Under the pieces are notes generated by a model. The model ran no database searches. It was not told the origin of the DNA and was given only the letters and a program-made list of their open reading frames with translations. Shown piece by piece: positions 34,349 to 42,834 of a stretch of 64,000 nt of DNA. The stretch spans positions 106,386-170,385 of the forward strand of contig MEMB01000007.1 in the NCBI GenBank assembly GCA_001768735.1, written 5' to 3'. Source of the stretch: Alphaproteobacteria bacterium GWF2_58_20. GTDB taxonomy: Bacteria; Pseudomonadota; Alphaproteobacteria; UBA1247. Within the stretch, counting starts at the first letter, position 1; the number at the start of each line of letters is the position of its first letter. A program made the translations under genes and the position numbers.

Positions 34349-35353
34349 TTAAGGTTGTTTTGGCTGTGGGGCTGGCAGCTGGCGCGGCAGCCGCACAGGC
34401 AGTTTTGCCGCCCGCTGGCTCATGGCCTGCATGAGCCGTTTCCGGATATCCGGCAGGAAGGGATGGTCCTTCATGTCCGCCAGCGTTCTCTCCATGAGAC
34501 GCATTTCCCGCCGCCATCCTTCATGGGATGCCTGGCTGCCGGCCTGTTCCAGCAGCATGCCAAGAATGTCGAAAAAGGGTTTGCGGGCTGCATCGGGATT
34601 CTTGCTCTTCTGCAGTTCGGTGACAAGCTGGCCGAGATCCGATCCGGTGGTGCTGAAAAGGCCGACCGTGGCCCCATGGTGCAGCAGCATGGCCACGCGG
34701 TCGCTATCCAGATCCTTCATCGCTGTTTGGAGGGGATTGAGGCGATGTCTGAAAACACTGCGGACGTTTGGGTTGAAACCATTCTCCAGCAGGAGTTTTG
34801 CGATTTTGTTGTCGGTCTCCTTGAAGGCGCCCGGCATGGGGTTTTCCACGGCGACCACCGGGCCAAACGCGCCATGTACGGGACAATTCGGGTTGACGCC
34901 TTCGGCCAGCAGGCGGCGGATTTCAAACTCCTCCCGGTTTTCCACGGCTTCGGCCAGCAAAGATTCCTGGCAGAGATGCTTGAAGAACAGGGCCGCGTTG
35001 GCGATGGCCGCCACGCCGGCCAGCCATGGCATGACCGGCAACATCGCAATGCCAGCCCCCCCGACGGCAAAAAAACCGGCCCAGGCCAATCTGCGGACGC
35101 GGCGGGCGCGGGTTTTATCGCCCCACCCCTGTTCCAGCCGTGTTTCCTCCTGCCGCAGGATGTTGTCCATGACCTGCCGGGTGCTGGTGGCCTCGTCCGC
35201 ATCGGGGGAGACAGCATACATATCCGGGTTCTCCCGGATGAATTGCTCCATGAAGCGCAGGCTTTTGCGTGCCGCCAGCTCCTTGTGGGAAGGCATCTCG
35301 TCTTCGGCTTGCTCTTGCGGGAGACATGGCGGTTGTTTGAATTCCGTGGTCAT
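34349..35353 (-). CDS. Membrane-hairpin ankyrin-repeat protein, paralogue 2 (candidate T4BSS effector)
   Basis: Same architecture: TM helices LAWAGFFAVGGAGIAML / PWLAGVAAIANAALFF and ANK-like LLLENGFNPN......LNPLQTAMKDLDSDRVAMLLHHGATV. The tail reads KLPVRLPRQLPAPQPKQP. The start was set at MTTEFKQPP, parallel to MTETQFRHPS of paralogue 1. This gives an ATGA overlap with the upstream gene. Confidence 0.6.
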   Translation of the reverse strand: MTTEFKQPPCLPQEQAEDEMPSHKELAARKSLRFMEQFIRENPDMYAVSPDADEATSTRQVMDNILRQEETRLEQGWGDKTRARRVRRLAWAGFFAVGGAGIAMLPVMPWLAGVAAIANAALFFKHLCQESLLAEAVENREEFEIRRLLAEGVNPNCPVHGAFGPVVAVENPMPGAFKETDNKIAKLLLENGFNPNVRSVFRHRLNPLQTAMKDLDSDRVAMLLHHGATVGLFSTTGSDLGQLVTELQKSKNPDAARKPFFDILGMLLEQAGSQASHEGWRREMRLMERTLADMKDHPFLPDIRKRLMQAMSQRAAKLPVRLPRQLPAPQPKQP

Positions 35354-35946
35354 GGCATGTCTGTCCTGGAAAAAGGTGAGGGCTTGGGGGCGGTTTTGCG
35401 GAGCTTCTGGATCCATGGTGCGGGTTCGAGGCCAAGCCTTTTTTCGCGTTGTCTGGCTTCGTTGAGGAGGCGGAAAGCCCTTTCATCCCACGAGGCCTTG
35501 TTGAAAAGCAGGTTTTCACCAAGTTCTTCATAAAGGCCGGAAAAATCGGCGTTCGGATCCTGGCTTGTGAAGGCGTTATTGACATCGATGATGACGGGAT
35601 TCCTGGCATGAAAGAAGTTGGCCCAGATTTTCGGCTGGACAGGGAAAGGGCAATGGGCAGGGTCGATCACCAAGGGCACAATGCGCCCGTCGGGCCATGT
35701 CGTCATCAGGCACGGGGCGACATGGAGGTTGAATTCCATGGTTTCATTCCCCTCATGTTTTTTGATCAGCCAAGCTTGCCGCGTGTCGATGCCCTGCTCC
35801 ACCATTTGTATGCTTTTTACATGGGCGCGACAGTCGCAGCAGGTGTTTGTCACGCCCAGGGCCAGCTCTTCGCTGCGGGCGAAATACTCGAACCATGCAA
35901 CGGCTTCCGCGGGTGTCACGGTTTTTCTGGGAGTGGATGCCTGCAT
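35350..35946 (-). CDS. Protein-glutaminase-like (papain/transglutaminase-fold Cys-His-Asp) protein, paralogue 1; candidate glutamine deamidase effector
   Basis: CCDCRAH ... LHVAPCL ... LVIDPA has the spacing and context of the protein-glutamine glutaminase triad. My recollection of the Chryseobacterium enzyme is DGCYARAH ... YHVAILV ... IIDPS. The tail contains TAPKPSP. Confidence 0.55.
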   Translation of the reverse strand: MQASTPRKTVTPAEAVAWFEYFARSEELALGVTNTCCDCRAHVKSIQMVEQGIDTRQAWLIKKHEGNETMEFNLHVAPCLMTTWPDGRIVPLVIDPAHCPFPVQPKIWANFFHARNPVIIDVNNAFTSQDPNADFSGLYEELGENLLFNKASWDERAFRLLNEARQREKRLGLEPAPWIQKLRKTAPKPSPFSRTDMP

Positions 35947-36521
35947 TATGGGGTTCCGGTCATGTTTGGCATAGGCACAAGGGCCAGGGACTTTTCCTTG
36001 CGGATCCGCGTGACCCAGCGGCGGGGTTTCAGGTGGTGTATCATAGAGAACGCATAGGCATGGGATAAGGTGTCGTTGGTCTGCTGGTCACGCATCGCGG
36101 CAGATCTTTTGTATTTTTCATTCCAATAATATCTGTCTTCCTGAGGGTTTGCGCAGTCCGTGATGAGGAACTGGGTGGCCTTCATGCCTTTTGTCCAGAC
36201 CTTGGGGGAGACTGGACGGGGATAAAAGACAGGGTCGATGACCACCGGTTTGGCGGTTCCATTTTTGCCGACAACCATCAGGCAGGGGGCGACATGGAAG
36301 ATGACATCCATTTTTTCCGCTTGCCGGGGCGTTTCCATATCCGAAGCCACCCAGATTTTCCGGGTGTCAAGCCCATGGGCCTGCATGACAGAACAGATGA
36401 GGTGGGCGCGGGCGAAGCAGCCGTTCCAATTAAAAGCTGGCGCCATATCCTTGCGCAGGGCGAAGTATTCAAACCACTGCTGCGCTTCTTCTGGCGTGAC
36501 GGTTTTGTGTTTTTCGGACAT
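35946..36521 (-). CDS. Protein-glutaminase-like Cys-His-Asp protein, paralogue 2
   Basis: Contains NGCFARAHLICSVMQAHGLD ... FHVAPCLMV ... VVIDPVFYPRPVSPKVW. Its stop TAA shares one base with the ATG of paralogue 1. Confidence 0.6.
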   Translation of the reverse strand: MSEKHKTVTPEEAQQWFEYFALRKDMAPAFNWNGCFARAHLICSVMQAHGLDTRKIWVASDMETPRQAEKMDVIFHVAPCLMVVGKNGTAKPVVIDPVFYPRPVSPKVWTKGMKATQFLITDCANPQEDRYYWNEKYKRSAAMRDQQTNDTLSHAYAFSMIHHLKPRRWVTRIRKEKSLALVPMPNMTGTP

Positions 36522-36617
36522 GTTTCTCCCTCGTATCTATCATGCCGAAGATAAGGCAAGCGGGGGCAATGCAGAATTGCTGATTGTGCAACCCAGCCCT
36601 GCGCGGCGCGCATGGGT

Positions 36618-38774
36618 TCAGGTTTTCAGGCGGTGGAGGGCGGTTTCCAGTGTGGAAATGGCATATGCCTTGTCGGTTTCGGAGATTTTCTCCAGATCGA
36701 CGGTAATGGCGAAATTGTCGCGCTGTTCATGGATGGTGGTTTGCGACATGTCGATCTCGCCATAAAAGCCGATGACGCGATACGTTTGCACGGGCTGGGC
36801 AAATCCCTTGACGCTGATGGGGTCCTGCGCTTCGCCCAGCACAAGATCCTTCACCAGGGCATAGGTTTCATACGAGAGGACAATATCGCCCGGCTGGGCG
36901 GTGGATTGCAGGCGGGAGGCCAAATTCACTTCGCTGCCGATGAGCGTGTAATCCATTCGCTCCTCGCTGCCAAAGTTCCCCACCGTGCAGTAGCCGGTAT
37001 TGATGCCCACGCGCATGTGGAACGGACGTTCCATGCCTTTGTCGCGCCATTCCATGCGCATTTCCGCCAGGCGTTTTTGCATGGCGATGGCGGTATGGAC
37101 GGCGGCGATGGCATCCTCGCGCGCGCCGCGGCTTTCAGGGTCGCCGTAAAACAGCATGATGGCATCGCCCATGTACTTGTCGATGGTCGCGCCATGCAGC
37201 AGGGCGATCTTGGTCATTTCCTGGAAATATGTGTTGATGATGGTGGAAAGCTCTTCGGCTTCCATGCTGTCCGAGGAGGCCGTGAAGCCAACAATGTCGC
37301 AGAACAGGATGGAGAGTTTCTTGCGCTGGGCACCTACCTTGACATCGCGGTTTCCGCTGAAAATTGAGTTGTAGATCTGTGGCGACAGGTATTTGGAAAT
37401 CTTGTCGGACAGGTTTTCAAGATACCGGTTCTTTTCCTGCAGCAGGACATTGGCGGCCCGCAGTTCGCCCGTCCGTTCGCGTACCTGGAATTCCAGCGTG
37501 TGGTTGAGATGCTCAAGGTCCACCGACATGTGTTCCATTTTTTCATGGGCCTTGTTCACCTTGAGGCCGATGACCGCCGCATGGGAGAAGACAAAGATGA
37601 TGAAGCCGGCATGCGCCATGTCCACGGTCTGCACAATGTGGGCGTAAAAAAGGATGTCATTGATGGTGGTAACGGCGACGAGTGCAAGGCCGCCGGCAAT
37701 CCAGAAGGCGCTGTCACGCCGGTGCAGGCATGCACGCACCAGGGTTGAGACGGAAAACAGGATGGTGCCGAACACCACGGCCATGGCCGGGTCGCGCAGG
37801 CGGGTGTAAATGTGCGCCGGGAAAAGCAGCATGACGGTGGTGGCAAAAATGCCAAAGGCAAAAAGGCCTGTGCGGACCCGTGGTTCAATTTCATCCGGGA
37901 ACAGCCAGCCCAGCAGCGCATAATAAAAGCCAACACCCAGGAAGGGGGCAAGATATTCCAGCGGCAGGTACCATTCGGCCGAAATGTCCGGCAGGAAGTC
38001 GAGGACAAGCTTGCTGGTGCCAAGGGTGCGCAGGCTGATGAGCAGAATGAGCAGGCCAAGATAGAGGTAGCCTTTTTCCTTGGGGCGATGCAGGAAGAGA
38101 AGGAGCTGGTAGAAGGCGATGATGAGACCGGCCCCGATGGTCAGGGCGTTGAGGAGGCGGACGTTGAGGGCCCGCTTGGCCAGAAGATGGGATCGGCCCA
38201 GCCGGATGGCGCGGGCAATGCCCCCTTCATAGTGATAGTGGTTGGATACCTGCATGACGATATCGAGAGAGCTTTCTCCCGTTGGCAGGTTGACCACCCG
38301 GGTTTGGGAAACCGGAACTTCGGTTGCCCGGCTGTCTCCCACCATGCCGATATAGTCAAGGTTGACGCCATTGACCCATAGGTTGAAGGCATAGTTGAGT
38401 TCGCCAATTTCAAGGGCCAGCGCTGGTGCGCCCTGCGGCAGGACAATCTTCAGGTGGTAGGTGGCCATGCCCGTGCCGGGCAGGTCGCGTCCGCAAGCAA
38501 ACTGGCCGTTCCAGATAGCAGGAACCTGGATGAAATCCATGCATGCGGACGTGCCCTTTTCCAGGTCTTCGGGCGTGAGTTTCTGGTCCCAGTAAAAGCC
38601 CCAGTTGCCAAAAAGGTCCACCACGGGGGTTTGGGTGAAATCCCATGTCGAAAGGTCTATGACGCCTTTTTCAGCGCGCGGCATCCGGAGGGTCTTGGCC
38701 GCCGCGGCCTCTTTTCCCGCAAGGGAGAGGCTGAGCAGGAAAACGGCAAGAAGGGTGAAAATCCGCATGCGCAT
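36618..38774 (-). CDS. 7TM-receptor (7TMR-DISM type) class III adenylate/guanylate cyclase
   Basis: The N-terminal signal peptide and extracytoplasmic domain are followed by about 7 TM helices and then a coiled-coil. The cyclase domain reads KKLSILFCDIVGFTA........L....N.YF.EMT.I...HGATIDKYMGDAIMLFYG ... RVGINTGYCTVGNFGS..R.DYT.IG..VNLASRL. Confidence 0.85.
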   Translation of the reverse strand: MRMRIFTLLAVFLLSLSLAGKEAAAAKTLRMPRAEKGVIDLSTWDFTQTPVVDLFGNWGFYWDQKLTPEDLEKGTSACMDFIQVPAIWNGQFACGRDLPGTGMATYHLKIVLPQGAPALALEIGELNYAFNLWVNGVNLDYIGMVGDSRATEVPVSQTRVVNLPTGESSLDIVMQVSNHYHYEGGIARAIRLGRSHLLAKRALNVRLLNALTIGAGLIIAFYQLLLFLHRPKEKGYLYLGLLILLISLRTLGTSKLVLDFLPDISAEWYLPLEYLAPFLGVGFYYALLGWLFPDEIEPRVRTGLFAFGIFATTVMLLFPAHIYTRLRDPAMAVVFGTILFSVSTLVRACLHRRDSAFWIAGGLALVAVTTINDILFYAHIVQTVDMAHAGFIIFVFSHAAVIGLKVNKAHEKMEHMSVDLEHLNHTLEFQVRERTGELRAANVLLQEKNRYLENLSDKISKYLSPQIYNSIFSGNRDVKVGAQRKKLSILFCDIVGFTASSDSMEAEELSTIINTYFQEMTKIALLHGATIDKYMGDAIMLFYGDPESRGAREDAIAAVHTAIAMQKRLAEMRMEWRDKGMERPFHMRVGINTGYCTVGNFGSEERMDYTLIGSEVNLASRLQSTAQPGDIVLSYETYALVKDLVLGEAQDPISVKGFAQPVQTYRVIGFYGEIDMSQTTIHEQRDNFAITVDLEKISETDKAYAISTLETALHRLKT

Positions 38775-38780
38775 GTATTT

Positions 38781-40175
38781 TTAGTCCTCCATGGCCTTGA
38801 GGATGTCCTCGACCATCTTTTTGGCGTCACCAAACAGCATCATGGTATTAGGCCTGAAGAATAGTTCATTGTCCACCCCCGCATAGCCTGCGGCCATGGA
38901 GCGTTTGACAAACAGGACCGTCTTGGCGTTTTCCACCTCAAGGATCGGCATGCCGTAAATGGGGGAAGATGTGTCTGTTTTCGCGGCGGGGTTGGTGATG
39001 TCGTTCGCGCCAATGACGAAAGCCACATCTGTCTGGCTGAAATCGCGGTTGATTTCATCAAGTTCCAGCACATCGTCATAAGGTACATTGGCCTCTGCCA
39101 GAAGAACGTTCATGTGGCCCGGCATGCGGCCCGCCACCGGATGGATGGCATAACGCACCTTGATGCCACGGTTCTTGAGCATGTCCGACATTTCCCGCAG
39201 GGCGTGCTGCGATTGCGCCACCGCCATGCCATAGCCGGGGACAATGATGACGCTGCTGGCATTCTGCATGAGGAAGGCCGCATCGTCGGCGGAACCGGTG
39301 CGGACATTGCGGTCTCCGGTGTCCTTGTCTGCCGCGTCTGCGGTGGCTTCAGCGCCAAATCCGCCGAAAATGACGTTGAGCAGGGAACGGTTCATGCCCT
39401 TGCACATGATATAGCTCAGGATGGCACCACTGGAGCCAACCAGCGCACCGGTCACCACCAGAAGGTTGTTTTCCAGCGTGAAGCCGATGCCGCATGCCGC
39501 CCAGCCGGAATAGCTGTTGAGCATGGAAACGACCACCGGCATGTCAGCTCCGCCAATTGGCAGGATCAGCAGGATGCCAAGGGAAAGGGCCAGGATGTTG
39601 ATGAGCCAGAAGGCGACCGGGGACGAGCTTTCGCACAGCCACAGGATGAGACCCACCAGAAAAATGCCCAGCACGAGGTTGAGGATGTGCTGGCCCTGGA
39701 AACGCAGGGGCTTTCCGCCAATAAGTCCCTGGAGCTTGCCAAAAGCCACCAGGGAACCGGTGAAGGTGACGGCGCCAATCGCGGTGCCAAGGCTCATTTC
39801 AATCAGGCTACCGACATGGATGTTGCCAGGAATGCCGATGCCATAGGCCGTGGGGCTGGAAAAGGCGGCGGCAGCCACAAACACGGCGGCCAGGCCGACA
39901 AGGCTGTGGAAGCCTGCCACCAGCTGCGGAAGGGCTGTCATCTTGATCTTCAGGGCAATGAAGGCGCCAATGCCGCCGCCAATGGCCATGGCGGTAAAAA
40001 TGGCCGAATAGGACAGCACGTTGGGCTTGAAGACGGTGACAAGCACCGCCAGCATCATTCCGGCTGCGCCCAGGATGTTGCCGCGCCGCGCGCTTTTCGG
40101 GTGCGCAAGGCCCTTGATCGACAGGATGAAGAGGACGGCGGCGATGAGGTAAAGGATTTCAGAAACCGGGGTCAT
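38781..40175 (-). CDS. pntB: NAD(P) transhydrogenase subunit beta
   Basis: Polytopic N-terminus plus an NADP(H)-binding dIII domain (IIVPGYGMAVAQSQH...HPVAGRMPGHMNVLLAEA.VPYD). Confidence 0.9.
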   Translation of the reverse strand: MTPVSEILYLIAAVLFILSIKGLAHPKSARRGNILGAAGMMLAVLVTVFKPNVLSYSAIFTAMAIGGGIGAFIALKIKMTALPQLVAGFHSLVGLAAVFVAAAAFSSPTAYGIGIPGNIHVGSLIEMSLGTAIGAVTFTGSLVAFGKLQGLIGGKPLRFQGQHILNLVLGIFLVGLILWLCESSSPVAFWLINILALSLGILLILPIGGADMPVVVSMLNSYSGWAACGIGFTLENNLLVVTGALVGSSGAILSYIMCKGMNRSLLNVIFGGFGAEATADAADKDTGDRNVRTGSADDAAFLMQNASSVIIVPGYGMAVAQSQHALREMSDMLKNRGIKVRYAIHPVAGRMPGHMNVLLAEANVPYDDVLELDEINRDFSQTDVAFVIGANDITNPAAKTDTSSPIYGMPILEVENAKTVLFVKRSMAAGYAGVDNELFFRPNTMMLFGDAKKMVEDILKAMED

Positions 40176-40182
40176 GTCGTCC

Positions 40183-40590
40183 TCACTTCTTTTTCCGGAA
40201 CATGGCGAGCATGCGTTCAGTCACGATGAACCCGCCAAAGATGTTGATGGACGCCAGCAGGACCGCGATGAAGCCTTCGATCTTGGACAGGCCCATGCCA
40301 CGGGGGCCGGCCGCCACCAGTGCGCCGACAATGATGACGGACGAAATGGCGTTGGTTACGGCCATGAGCGGGGAATGCAGCGCCGGAGTTACCGACCAGA
40401 CCACATGGTAGCCCACGAAAATGGCCAGCACGAGGACGGTGAGGCCTGTCAGGAAGTAGGGATGTCCGCCCATGGCGGTCTGGTTGGCGAAATTGGTGAT
40501 CTCATGGGAAAGTGTGCCGGCCTGCCCTGCAAGGGCGGTAGCGGCTTCCGAGAGCGCGGAAGCCTTTGCGGCAATGGTTGTGGAATCCAT
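40183..40590 (-). CDS. pntAB: NAD(P) transhydrogenase subunit alpha part 2
   Basis: 135-aa membrane protein. Contains [20 protein letters not shown]...[15 protein letters not shown]. Confidence 0.85.
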   Translation of the reverse strand: MDSTTIAAKASALSEAATALAGQAGTLSHEITNFANQTAMGGHPYFLTGLTVLVLAIFVGYHVVWSVTPALHSPLMAVTNAISSVIIVGALVAAGPRGMGLSKIEGFIAVLLASINIFGGFIVTERMLAMFRKKK

Positions 40591-40593
40591 GGG

Positions 40594-41757
40594 TCAGCTT
40601 CCTTTCTTTTTGGATGCGTGCGGTTTTTTTGCAGCATCGGCAAAGGCGGGATGAACGATCTTGCCGCCCCGCGTTAAAGTTGTTGCGGTCAGGATCTCGT
40701 CATCGAAATCCGCCGTGATGGCGCCGCTTTCCTTGTCTTTCATCAGGCTGATGAAGGACAGCAGGTTGCGGGCGTAAAGGGCGGCGGCATCGGCGGCGAT
40801 TCGGCTGGGAAGGTTTTCATGGCCAATGATGGTGACGTCATGGACAACCACATTTTGGCCAGCGCGTGACAGGGGGCAATTTCCGCCCTGTGCCACCGCC
40901 ATGTCCACAATCACGGAGCCGGGTTTCATGGCTTTCACCATGTCCTCGGTGATCAAGACAGGTGCGGGTTTTCCGGGGATGAGCGCCGTGGTGATGGCGA
41001 TATCTGTCTTGGCAAGGGTTTCGTGGATTTTCACGGCTTGGCGGCGCTTGTAATCCTCATCGGCTTCCTTGGCATAACCGCCCTTGGTTTCAAGGTTTCC
41101 GGCGCCTTCCACTTCCACGAAGCTGGCACCAAGGCTTTCCACCTGTTCCTTTGCGGCGGCGCGAACGTCGAACGCGCTGACAATGGCGCCCAAGCGGCGG
41201 GCGGTGGCAATGGCCTGCAATCCGGCAACACCAGCGCCAAGGATAAGGACGCGGGCCGGGGTAATGGTGCCAGCAGCGGTCATCATCATGGGAAAGGCCC
41301 GGCCAAAGGCGCAGGCGGCTTCAATGACGGCGCGGTAACCGGCCAGATTGGCCTGGCTGGAAAGGACATCCATGGCCTGGGCACGGGTAATGCGTGGAAC
41401 GAATTCCATCGCCATGGCGGTGACATGCGCCTTGGCGCAGGCCGTCATGAAGTCTCCGGCACTGTGCGGGGCCAGCATGCCGATGAGAAGGGCATCCTTC
41501 TTCATGGCCTTGACAGCTTCAGCTTCCGGGCGCTGGACGCACAAGACGATATTGGCATCGGCAAGCAGGGCGTTGCGGTCTTCAGAAACCGATGCGCCGG
41601 CCTTGTCATATTCGCTGTCAGGAATGGATGCGCCGATGCCGGCGTCCGCTTCAACAAGAACTTCTGCGCCGAGAGCGATCAGTTTCTTGACGGTTTCCGG
41701 CGTTGCTGCCACGCGCATTTCGCCAGGCAGGTTTTCCTTGAGGACGGTAATTTTCAT
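40594..41757 (-). CDS. pntAA: NAD(P) transhydrogenase subunit alpha part 1
   Basis: Alanine-dehydrogenase/PNT fold: MKITVLKE...E.RVAATPETVKKL, Rossmann segment VLILGAGVAGLQAIATARRLGA. The start was trimmed to the ATG at 41757. Confidence 0.9.
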   Translation of the reverse strand: MKITVLKENLPGEMRVAATPETVKKLIALGAEVLVEADAGIGASIPDSEYDKAGASVSEDRNALLADANIVLCVQRPEAEAVKAMKKDALLIGMLAPHSAGDFMTACAKAHVTAMAMEFVPRITRAQAMDVLSSQANLAGYRAVIEAACAFGRAFPMMMTAAGTITPARVLILGAGVAGLQAIATARRLGAIVSAFDVRAAAKEQVESLGASFVEVEGAGNLETKGGYAKEADEDYKRRQAVKIHETLAKTDIAITTALIPGKPAPVLITEDMVKAMKPGSVIVDMAVAQGGNCPLSRAGQNVVVHDVTIIGHENLPSRIAADAAALYARNLLSFISLMKDKESGAITADFDDEILTATTLTRGGKIVHPAFADAAKKPHASKKKGS

Positions 41758-41836
41758 CTTGTCAAACGGATCCTTCGCGATGTCATGGAAGGCGTGCAAA
41801 ATGCATCATTTTGTCGCTCTTGTGAAGGGGGTATGC

Positions 41837-42787
41837 ATGGACTATACTGTTTTCATTCAGGAACGGAAAGGGGGGCTTGTGATAAAACCCAACAAAAACA
41901 AATCCATCTCCGGGAAAACGGAAAATCCGCAAGGCCCCGGAAAAGGGGATGTCTGTCCTGTTTGCGGAGGATATTTTGCCGCATCCTGCATCCGGGGGCT
42001 TTCCACCTGCCAGACTTGTGGTTTCGTCATGGCATCCGTCCGTCCCCAGCCGGAACAGGCTGCAGTCCTTTATGGCGAAGATTATTTCCATGGGGATGGC
42101 TATGCCGATTATGCGGCAGAGCGGCCCGCGCTGAATTTCAACTTCAAGGAACATCTCAAGCGTATCCTGCGGGAAATGGGAAATGCGACAGGGCAGAAAA
42201 CCCTTTTTGAGGCAGGCTGCGGCTTTGGTTATTTTCTTGAGCTTTCCCGCGGGTTCTTCAAGGAGGTTTCCGGATGTGAGCTGTCGCCTTTTGCGGCGGG
42301 CCGTGCCCGCAAGGCTTTCGGGCTGAATGTGCAGGAGGGGGATGTGCTGACGCTGCCCCTTTCGGGCCCTTACGATGTCATGTGCATGTGGGATGTCCTG
42401 CCCAGCTTGGCTGAGCCGGACAAGGTTCTGGCCCGTGTCGCGGAAGCTCTTGCGCCGGGCGGGATACTGGCGTTGACCATGCCCAATATCGGCAGCCGGT
42501 TTGCCAGGATTTCCGGCCGGTTCTGGCCCCTCATCCATTTTCCGTGGCGGGTGGGATATTATTCTCCGGAGACAATCACGAAATTGTTGGAAAAAAGCGG
42601 GTTCAGGGTGGTTTATGTCCGCCCGTTCCACAAGACGCGGAGCCTGCGGGAAATCCTTTACCAGCTGGTTGCCCTGAAATTCCGTCGGCCTGACTGGTTC
42701 CATGCCCTTGAACGTCTTCCGTTCATGAAGGTTCTGGTTCCCATGGGTTTTGCCGATGAAATGTTTATCATGGCCCACAAGGCATGA
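41837..42787 (+). CDS. Class I SAM-dependent methyltransferase with an N-terminal Cys4 zinc-ribbon
   Basis: Zinc-ribbon CPVCGG...CQTCG, then SAM motif I in LFEAGCGFGYFLE. The longer ORF-track start at 41348 would run antisense through pntAA and was rejected. Confidence 0.7.
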   Translation: MDYTVFIQERKGGLVIKPNKNKSISGKTENPQGPGKGDVCPVCGGYFAASCIRGLSTCQTCGFVMASVRPQPEQAAVLYGEDYFHGDGYADYAAERPALNFNFKEHLKRILREMGNATGQKTLFEAGCGFGYFLELSRGFFKEVSGCELSPFAAGRARKAFGLNVQEGDVLTLPLSGPYDVMCMWDVLPSLAEPDKVLARVAEALAPGGILALTMPNIGSRFARISGRFWPLIHFPWRVGYYSPETITKLLEKSGFRVVYVRPFHKTRSLREILYQLVALKFRRPDWFHALERLPFMKVLVPMGFADEMFIMAHKA

Positions 42788-42834
42788 GGAGGATGGGGGA
42801 GGTGTTTTCCTGCCCCATCGCATCCTCTGCCGTG

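Noticed and set aside
34355-35533. 392-aa and 347-aa plus-strand ORFs
   Set aside because: They are antisense to ankyrin paralogue 2, whose minus-strand frame shows TM hairpin and ANK motifs and parallels paralogue 1. The plus-strand products lack motifs and have skewed composition.
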